In this document: positions 25,725 to 32,941 of the stretch, piece after piece | Layout: each line of letters starts with the position of its first letter | How positions within the stretch are numbered: the stretch's first letter is position 1 | DNA from: Patescibacteria group bacterium | GTDB taxonomy: Bacteria; Patescibacteriota; Patescibacteriia; UBA9570; JAHJKD01 | Direction: 5' to 3' | NCBI GenBank assembly: GCA_041660885.1 | Contig: JBAZVM010000004.1 | Location: 22,423 to 86,422, forward strand | Length of the DNA stretch: 64,000 bases | Made by a program: the position numbers and the translations under genes | Notes under the pieces: generated by a model | The model's input: only the letters and a program-made list of their open reading frames with translations | What the model was told of the DNA's origin: nothing | Database searches by the model: none

Positions 25725-27723
25725 TTGCCGGGGGTTGTTCACCTAATTCTGTTGAAGCTTCTTTCTTTTGTTGCATCTTTCTTAATTCTCTAGCTCTTTT
25801 CCTTGCAGGATCTAAAAATGATTTAATAATATGATTCAAACCACCGGCTACCTGCATAATATCCGGCCTTGCATGTTGGGGGCCTATCATACTCTGGAAT
25901 AATATCTTTAATTGTCTTTTTGCCTCTGCTTCTTCTTTGGCGTCTTCTGTTTCTTGAGTATTTATTTCTATCTCTCCGGTGTTTTCAAGTACAGTATTAT
26001 GGCTCACCACCCACTCTGCATCTTCAGTATTATCAGGATCTAAAGTTATCGCTCCTCGGTTATGAAAGTCATCCAAGCCGAAAAACATGGCATACAAAGT
26101 AACTCCCAAAGAATAAATATCTTGTTTTTTATTATCGATTGCTTCCTGCGGCCTTAACTGTTTTTCAAACGGTAAAAATTTATTTATTTTTTCAGGAGAA
26201 GCATACCTTGGAGTAAAAGCTGCGCTTTCACTATCACTTTCACTTAAAGCATGCCCTTGCATCAATTCGGACGTATTAAAATCAAAAAAAGTAACTGCTA
26301 TTTGCGGATTTTCTAATCCGGGATATTTTCTCGCCGGATCAACCATAATATTTGCAGGTTTAATATCTAAATGAGCGAACCCCCGCTGGTGTATCCTAGC
26401 CAGCGCTATGGAGATTTTCCGCGCTATCAATAATTTTTGACTCAACTTTCTGGGAGTTTTTTCTCGCATTATACCAAACAAACTTTTAATCTTATCTTCT
26501 TCTCTCCTGTTTTCATTTTCGGCGACTATATTCTCCATTAATTCAAAAACTTGCGTAAATTTCGGCTTACCTTCTTGATTCTGAACAACCTGCGAGCCAT
26601 AAGTAAGGGGCATGGCTCTATCCGCGCTGCGCGTCTGCCCTTTTTTAGCCATAAAATAATCTTTTAAAACCTGCGGGTGCACTTTATGTTCGTATTCTCT
26701 GATTACTAAAGATAAAAGTTGTTCATCCTGCGCTTCCGCGGCTTTATCAAGATATCGCAAAATAATCGTATCCAACGGTTGGCCCACTTCTTTTATTCTA
26801 TCTTCGGTTCTTTTGAGTATTGCTTGTCTTTCTGTATCATGAGGCGCATAATTTTCCAATAACGTTCCCTGGCTTAGTATATCTTGGATAAATATTTCCT
26901 GATAAGTGCCAGCGATTATTGTTTTATTTCTATCAGAATCTCCTTCAGCGCTCGTAATCTTTAAAGCGTATTGGTTTCCTTCCGCATCACTAACCGCCCA
27001 CACTTCGGCTATTCCACCTTTACCAATGGGTTCAAGCAGTGTTATCTTTTTCCCCTGAACGATAAGAGATAAATTAGGTTCCGGAACATATGGTTGCTCC
27101 CGATGTTCACTACTGGATTCTTTTCGCCTGACAAACTGTTCAAAAGTTTTTTTTGGCGATACAATATTCCTTTCTTTTTCCCTGGCGGTCCTTTCCACAT
27201 AAAAACTGCTTGGCGGCGGAACAAAGCCCGTTGGTTCTTCGTCTCTTTGCGCTATTCTTTGCTGCAAATCAATCACATTGCCCTTCAGTTCTTCTTCCGC
27301 AGCCAATCTTTCGATGTTTCGATCGAGCGAGCGAATCTCTGTCGGCTCTCCTGTTTCAGTTTCAGCAGGAAGTATCTGAGTATCCAGTTCTTCGTTCGTA
27401 ATTTCTTTTCGCGCTATTCTTTCCTGCAAATCAATCACATTGTCTCGCGCTTTATCCGGCGCAACTTCTTCTGCTTGTTCCGGTTTTGTTTCGTTTAATA
27501 TTTCTTCTTCTTCTTTTTCTACAAGTCTAAAAAATTCCAATAATCTTCTTACCCCAAATTTTTTGGCTATTTGCCAGGCTTTTTCTTTTATCCCCGCCCA
27601 TCTTTCGTTTATTTCCAATCTTTCTTGTTCAGATATTGGTTGTTTACTCTCTTCAATTTCAACATCTTCAGCCTGAACTCTTCGCCCATTTCGTTTTCGT
27701 TCTACATCTGGATGAATTGCCAT
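25717..27723 (-). CDS. Hanks-type Ser/Thr protein kinase 1 (non-RD, large N-lobe insert)
   Basis: G-loop IGKGGIAEVW, YALKI (beta3 Lys), hinge ELMEN, catalytic loop HLDIKPAN, DFN in place of DFG, FTPRYASPE and DIYSLGVTLY. Confidence 0.85.
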   Translation of the reverse strand: MAIHPDVERKRNGRRVQAEDVEIEESKQPISEQERLEINERWAGIKEKAWQIAKKFGVRRLLEFFRLVEKEEEEILNETKPEQAEEVAPDKARDNVIDLQERIARKEITNEELDTQILPAETETGEPTEIRSLDRNIERLAAEEELKGNVIDLQQRIAQRDEEPTGFVPPPSSFYVERTAREKERNIVSPKKTFEQFVRRKESSSEHREQPYVPEPNLSLIVQGKKITLLEPIGKGGIAEVWAVSDAEGNQYALKITSAEGDSDRNKTIIAGTYQEIFIQDILSQGTLLENYAPHDTERQAILKRTEDRIKEVGQPLDTIILRYLDKAAEAQDEQLLSLVIREYEHKVHPQVLKDYFMAKKGQTRSADRAMPLTYGSQVVQNQEGKPKFTQVFELMENIVAENENRREEDKIKSLFGIMREKTPRKLSQKLLIARKISIALARIHQRGFAHLDIKPANIMVDPARKYPGLENPQIAVTFFDFNTSELMQGHALSESDSESAAFTPRYASPEKINKFLPFEKQLRPQEAIDNKKQDIYSLGVTLYAMFFGLDDFHNRGAITLDPDNTEDAEWVVSHNTVLENTGEIEINTQETEDAKEEAEAKRQLKILFQSMIGPQHARPDIMQVAGGLNHIIKSFLDPARKRARELRKMQQKKEASTELGEQPPANK

Positions 27724-27740
27724 AATATTTATTGTTTTAT

Positions 27741-29966
27741 TTATTGTTCTTGGGCTCTTTGTCTTCTTGCTTCTTCACTTTGTTGTTGTGACTCTTGTCT
27801 TTTTCGGGATTCTTCATTTTGTGCTTCTCTTGCAGCTATTTGTTCAGATCTATAAGGTGCATAAATAGCATAAAATTCGCGAGCTACATCGTCGATATTC
27901 GGACGCGATTCTACCGGACCGATCATTCTGGCAATTAAAACGGCTATTTTTCCTTCTGGTGACGATGGATCAACTTCCAATGCTTTCGGCTCACATTTTC
28001 TTTTTAATATTGAACCATGTTCAACTATATATTTTTTTACTTGTTCAATTGAAACTTGCGCTATTTTCGAATCAGTTCCTTTTCTTTGTTCTTGAGGCTT
28101 CTTTCCACTGCTATCGTAGAGATTATCACTACCGAAAAAAAGTCTGTACATTGTTATTCCTAAAGAATAAATATCGCGCTTTAAAAAGTCATCCTCACTT
28201 ATGTCTTTTTTAGCATCTTGGGCAAGAGCTTCCGGCGGCATATATCGGAAAGTACCGGTATTATAGTTTCGATCCTCCGGCAATAATAATTGGAATGTTT
28301 CGGCAAGGCCGGTATCTAATATCCTGGCATCCATGTTCTTTGGGTCAACCATCACATTAGCCGGTTTGATGTCGCGATGAGCAATGTGCCGCTGATGGAT
28401 TCTTCTTAAACCTAGCATCATTCCCATAGTTGCTCGCAGTCTCTGTTCTAAATTCAAATGATCTTCTATCTCTTCCAAATTCTGTATTTTTTCATTTTTC
28501 TCTCTATCCTTATTTTCCGCTGATACGTTTTCCATAAGCATAGCTATCTGAGTAACTCTCACTTCTGTTCCTAGTGTATATGATTTTAGCTGCTCTTTTA
28601 TTGCATTTATTATTTCCTTGCTATATAAAACCTTTTTAATCGGATCTTTTTCTTTATCTGCTTCGATAACTCCGGATGCTACTTTGCTAGACAGATCATT
28701 TATACTATTTAAATAATCACGAAAAACTTCTTTTGTTAAACTGCGCGGATTAATGCCTTCTCTGCTTAATGCTTTATATACTTGAGTGGCGACCGTTTTA
28801 GCTATAATAGCATCATTTTTCTCTGAACTGCGCGATTCCGTTACTCGCTGAATACCGGTTAATTCATCATAATAATCCCAAACAAAATTAATACCTTCAT
28901 TGGAAACAGCGTTAATATCCGATTTGATTATCTGGCTTTCATGAGCTTCTGGCACTCCTGTTACTTTTCTAGTTCTTCCGCTTTCAGCATCAGCATATCG
29001 ACGCACTAAAACTCTCGTATGAGGGTATTTTGCTTCGTGCGCTTGTAAAATTCTTTCTTTTTCCGTTTCATCTTCGCATTCTAACAATTTCAAAACCGTG
29101 CTTTCTGTGTCTGCTAAAGCTTTTTCGGAATATTCCGGATGGCTCTCGGCTATCTTTTCTCTTAAACTGCTGATTATCCCTCTTCGTTCTGTTTCATTAA
29201 AAATTTGGCCGCTAGATAAATAACTATTAATCATAGATTCGCGGCCTACTCTTACATATTCGCTTCTTCTGCGTAAATCTTCCTCTAGATTGCCTTTAAA
29301 CTCAACTAATTTTACGGCAAAAATTTGGCCAGATTTATCTCTGACTGAAAAGACGCTCCCAAAGCCGCCGCTTCCCAACAGACCAATTACTTCATAATTA
29401 TTACCGGCTATGGCAATACTTGATCCCGGTTCCATTATTACAGGGCCAGCATCCTCTCCTCTGATTTCTTTATGCGACTCTAAATTACGCATGTAATCTT
29501 GCAGAGGTTTTTCTATTCTTTCGCTACTTAATCTTATTTCTGAACTAGTATCCGTATACTGATCTTGTTTTGTTATTTCTTCGGCGTTTGGTTCATTGTC
29601 TGCCGCTTCTATTTCTCTTACAGTTGTCTCTAAATCTTCATCGGTTTCCTCTTCATTTAAACCGCCTGGCAGCACTTGTAAATCCGGCTGATCTGGCGCT
29701 TGTGCATCTTCGAGTACTTTATCTTCTGCTTGTTCTACTTTGAGCACTTCATCTTCTGCTTGTTCTACCAGACCGAAAAACTCCATTAATTTATTATACC
29801 CTAAAGCAGCAATTTTTCTTGCTTTCTCCATGATGCGCGCCCAGCGCTTATTTACTTCTTTTTTTTCTTGCTCGGAAATTGGCTGGCCCGCTTCTTCAAT
29901 TACAACACCTTCAGCAGGTACCCTGGGGCGAGCTGATTGTCTTTTTAAATCTGGATTTTGAGGCAT
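27741..29966 (-). CDS. Hanks-type Ser/Thr protein kinase 2 (very large N-lobe insert)
   Basis: G-loop LGSGGFGSVF, FAVKL, hinge MLMEN, HRDIKPAN, DTG in place of DFG, GTFRYMPPE and DIYSLGITMY. Confidence 0.9.
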   Translation of the reverse strand: MPQNPDLKRQSARPRVPAEGVVIEEAGQPISEQEKKEVNKRWARIMEKARKIAALGYNKLMEFFGLVEQAEDEVLKVEQAEDKVLEDAQAPDQPDLQVLPGGLNEEETDEDLETTVREIEAADNEPNAEEITKQDQYTDTSSEIRLSSERIEKPLQDYMRNLESHKEIRGEDAGPVIMEPGSSIAIAGNNYEVIGLLGSGGFGSVFSVRDKSGQIFAVKLVEFKGNLEEDLRRRSEYVRVGRESMINSYLSSGQIFNETERRGIISSLREKIAESHPEYSEKALADTESTVLKLLECEDETEKERILQAHEAKYPHTRVLVRRYADAESGRTRKVTGVPEAHESQIIKSDINAVSNEGINFVWDYYDELTGIQRVTESRSSEKNDAIIAKTVATQVYKALSREGINPRSLTKEVFRDYLNSINDLSSKVASGVIEADKEKDPIKKVLYSKEIINAIKEQLKSYTLGTEVRVTQIAMLMENVSAENKDREKNEKIQNLEEIEDHLNLEQRLRATMGMMLGLRRIHQRHIAHRDIKPANVMVDPKNMDARILDTGLAETFQLLLPEDRNYNTGTFRYMPPEALAQDAKKDISEDDFLKRDIYSLGITMYRLFFGSDNLYDSSGKKPQEQRKGTDSKIAQVSIEQVKKYIVEHGSILKRKCEPKALEVDPSSPEGKIAVLIARMIGPVESRPNIDDVAREFYAIYAPYRSEQIAAREAQNEESRKRQESQQQSEEARRQRAQEQ

Positions 29967-30044
29967 ATTGATTTTCTATAATTTTTTTTATTTTAACATT
30001 TTTTTTCTTAAAAAACAATAATATTGAAGATGATAATTTATGGA

Positions 30045-30118
30045 AGGCGGGAGAGAGAGGTGCCAACCCAGACTTTCGTCTACGACGCTTGCGCGCCGTC
30101 TCTCTCCTTAAGCCGCCC
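30045..30118 (-). other. long imperfect 3' stem-loop after GC-rich ORF B
   Basis: GGCGGGAGAGAGAGG (30047-30061) pairs with CCGTCTCTCTCC..GCCGCC (30096-30118). It overlaps the ORF B stop and lies between ORF B and the start of kinase 2. Confidence 0.5.
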
Positions 30119-30584
30119 TGAACGGGACGGGTCCGCAGTTTTCCCCGAGGGGAACCTTCCCGCTCGCGCGGAAATATTGCGAACCTGCCCACTGCAGAGT
30201 GAAACTCCTCTCGGCGTCAGAGCCCGTTTCCACGGAGGAAAAGATCGGCTCTGCAGAGCAGAAACCGAACCCAATCCATCCATCAACGGACTCGAGGATC
30301 TGTATGTTTTCCTCGCGGAATTCATAAGACCCTAACCGACCAATCAGATCTGGGAACGCAACAGACCGAACGTCCCTGACCCAAATGATCAGACAATAAG
30401 CCGAGAAAAACTCGATTTCCACCCTTGGGAGGGCTTCCTTCGAGCTGGAGTCTTCACCCCGAGCCCTTTCTTCGCTGGCGCTTGCCCAACGCTCAGCGAG
30501 AAAAACCACATTGCTGTGGCAGGGCTCCGCGGGGGCGGCCTTCTTTTCCTTCCGGCTCCGAAGGAGCCAATCGAACCAACACAT
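30108..30584 (-). CDS. GC-rich hypothetical protein B (158 aa)
   Basis: Strong SD: GGAGGGAG, then CC, then ATG (30594-30582). Hand GC count is 40/60 for nt 30481-30540. The sequence looks protein-like (VEIEFFSAYCLIIWVRDVRSVAFPDLIGRLGSYEF), whereas the other frames give R/P/S-rich junk. Confidence 0.5.
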   Translation of the reverse strand: MCWFDWLLRSRKEKKAAPAEPCHSNVVFLAERWASASEERARGEDSSSKEALPRVEIEFFSAYCLIIWVRDVRSVAFPDLIGRLGSYEFREENIQILESVDGWIGFGFCSAEPIFSSVETGSDAERSFTLQWAGSQYFRASGKVPLGENCGPVPFRAA

Positions 30585-30602
30585 GGCTCCCTCCAGGAGT
30601 TA

Positions 30603-30655
30603 GAAAAAATTGAAAACCAACCCCCTCGCGGGGGCGATTGACCCGTGTGGGCCAA
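30603..30655 (-). promoter_or_regulatory. leader with two hairpins, the second terminator-like (candidate attenuator)
   Basis: Minus-strand RNA: TTGGCCC-ACAC-GGGTCAA, then GCCCCC-GCGA-GGGGGT, followed by TGGTTTTCAATTTTTTC about 10 nt before the SD of ORF B. Confidence 0.45.
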
Positions 30656-30767
30656 CGAATGACCCTAACACATTAGTTTTAAAAAGTCAAGCTAATTATA
30701 TAGAATATCCCCTATTTTATTGATTTTTTAGCAATTTTATGCGAGAATTATATTGAATTTAAATAAT

Positions 30768-32294
30768 ATGCCTCAAGAAAGACAATTAGATAAAAAATTA
30801 TTAAGTGAAAAACATGTTAAACCGGAAGATTTAGATATTACAGAAGCTACAGATGATGAAATAGCACCTAAAGAAGAAGCCGGTAAAGTTCTTGAATTTA
30901 GGCGTGCGGCTGAAAGGGCAGAAGCGGAAGCGGCGCATCAAGCCGATGCTTTAAGCGCGGAAATTTCGCAAAGCATGGAAGTGCCCGGAGAGCCCTGGCT
31001 TGATCAATATCAAGATCCTCATCTTAGAAGATACGCCCATGAAAAATATACTCGGCTGATGCAACAGATTGCGGAATTAAAGCCGAAGCACGATAGCAAA
31101 GGTTTTTTACGCCGCCTATGGGAACGAACCACGGGAGCATACCAAGCCGAAGAAAGCCGGCTTGAGCAAATGAACCAAGCGCTGGCTGAGATATTAGAAG
31201 GAAGATTGGAAACATTAGTGAGAGCTGAGCAGAGCGGTCAAGCTAGATACACGAAAAAACAAGAAAGCACCGTAGATAGATTTGGACAACCGTTAGAAGC
31301 ATACGGGGAAGATGTCGTGTCTATAGATGAAATAGCCGGTACTGCTATTATTATTGATGGCATGTCTGGCATGAAAAAGGGAGGAATTGATAAATCTACT
31401 GCCGCTTTGATGGAAGCGGCTGGAACAAAACAAGAAATAACTGACGATTCATTGCCCATAGCAAAAGAAATCGCTTCGCGCTTAAACCGAGCTTTGCAAG
31501 AAATACCATCCGATATTTCAGGAGACCAAGCAGTGGCCGAATTAACGAAGAGCTTTAAAAATGTATTAAACAATATAGAGCTTGAAGTTACCGGTGGAGC
31601 CATGATTTTAGCTGTGAAATATTTGCCAGATACTGATGAATTATTAATCATAGATATTGGTAACTGCCAGTTAGCGCTTCAAGGCGTGGATAAATTTAGC
31701 GATATAAAATTAGACAGGGGTGGTATTTCTGCTTTCCAAACTTTTTACGACAAAAAAAATAAAAAAATTGGCATTTATGATAATAGACCGAATAATAAAA
31801 AAACTCCTTATATTTATTCTGTCCCTTTAGCGAATTTTAGAACTGACTCTAGCCAACCGATTACTTTATTTATGGGTTCAGACGGGTTGAATGAAACGAA
31901 TTCTCATATGACCCGAATACATGATTTAGAACAACAAGTGCAGCGTACTATAGAATTAATAGAAAAAGATGAGGCGCATATCACGGAGTTCCGAGAAAAA
32001 ATGAACGCCACTAACGACCCAAAAATAAGGGAGGGTATTTCCAAGCAAATAATGCGCAAGGAATTACGTTTAAGCGGCCGTCAAAAAACATTGGCCGTCC
32101 TACAAAGTAATTTAGAAGCTGGGGCCGGAAGAGAAAATCATTTTGGCAGTGCAAAAAACTTAACGGAATGTGCTCCTGTTTTACTAGAACGTGGCACAAG
32201 CGCTATTTCTGCTTTACCAAATACTGTGGATGATATATCTATAATACGCTTGGATATTCCGCCAAAAAAAGAAACGAGGGAATTAACTCATTAA
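30768..32294 (+). CDS. PP2C-family Ser/Thr phosphatase with ~190-aa N-terminal coiled-coil extension
   Basis: IIDGMSGMKKGG (DGMGG-like), LFMGSDGLNE (SDGL) and VDDISIIRLDI (DN/DI-T/S-vv) motifs. Start set at ATG 30768; the track uses TTG 30753. Confidence 0.8.
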   Translation: MPQERQLDKKLLSEKHVKPEDLDITEATDDEIAPKEEAGKVLEFRRAAERAEAEAAHQADALSAEISQSMEVPGEPWLDQYQDPHLRRYAHEKYTRLMQQIAELKPKHDSKGFLRRLWERTTGAYQAEESRLEQMNQALAEILEGRLETLVRAEQSGQARYTKKQESTVDRFGQPLEAYGEDVVSIDEIAGTAIIIDGMSGMKKGGIDKSTAALMEAAGTKQEITDDSLPIAKEIASRLNRALQEIPSDISGDQAVAELTKSFKNVLNNIELEVTGGAMILAVKYLPDTDELLIIDIGNCQLALQGVDKFSDIKLDRGGISAFQTFYDKKNKKIGIYDNRPNNKKTPYIYSVPLANFRTDSSQPITLFMGSDGLNETNSHMTRIHDLEQQVQRTIELIEKDEAHITEFREKMNATNDPKIREGISKQIMRKELRLSGRQKTLAVLQSNLEAGAGRENHFGSAKNLTECAPVLLERGTSAISALPNTVDDISIIRLDIPPKKETRELTH

Positions 32295-32374
32295 CTTTAA
32301 ATTTATTCTGTTGTTTGACAAACAAAGCCTAAATAGCTTAAGATTATATAATTTTATAATTCCACTAAACTATT

Positions 32375-32941
32375 ATGGACAATAAAAATATAGATTGGGA
32401 CGACATATATAGAGACCCGCAAATACGCGCCGTGGCGCAAAGCCGCTATGCCGAGCTTAATAAAGAACGCGAAGATTTAGGCGCGCAGATGAAAGAAATA
32501 GAAGAAGAGATGAGAACCTGGCAAAAAGCCTGGAAAAATATTTTAGAGCGCCGGCTGATTATGGAACAAAAAATTCGCGCCAAAGATAAAATGATTCGCC
32601 ATGTTTTTCCCGTACAGCCGCCAGCCATAACAACCAACCAGCAACCAGTCATAAAAAATCAACAACTATTTTCCAACACGGAAAAATTTATCGTAAAAAA
32701 CGAACAAAAAAAAACCGTCAGCCAGCAGCCGATAGCTCCTAGCCAACCTTCCGCTAATGTAAATTTAAAGCCCGTTCCCAAAGTAGGAAGCAACACCGCG
32801 TTGGATGAATTAAAAGCCGCCAAGCTGGAAGAAGCCAGTTTAAGGCAAAGCCCCACGGCCACGGCCTTGGATATTGCCACGCTTCAAGAAAAAATTAAAT
32901 CTCTCACACAAAAATTAAACACGCAGACTTCTACGGTGTAG
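32375..32941 (+). CDS. hypothetical protein (188 aa) sharing an N-terminal motif with the PP2C
   Basis: WDDIYRDPQIRAVAQSRYAEL compares with WLDQYQDPHLRRYAHEKYTRL in the phosphatase. Q/P/T-rich C-terminal half. Confidence 0.6.
   Translation: MDNKNIDWDDIYRDPQIRAVAQSRYAELNKEREDLGAQMKEIEEEMRTWQKAWKNILERRLIMEQKIRAKDKMIRHVFPVQPPAITTNQQPVIKNQQLFSNTEKFIVKNEQKKTVSQQPIAPSQPSANVNLKPVPKVGSNTALDELKAAKLEEASLRQSPTATALDIATLQEKIKSLTQKLNTQTSTV

Noticed and set aside
30234-30251. GGAGGAAAAGATCGGCTC resembles the RNase P RNA P4 strand GAGGAAAGUCCGGGCUC. ACAGACCGAAC at about 30361-30371 resembles the 3' P4 strand.
   Set aside because: The two elements are only about 130 nt apart, against about 290 nt in bacterial RNase P. 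Other conserved RNase P blocks are absent. The region reads as a plausible SD-led protein on the opposite strand.
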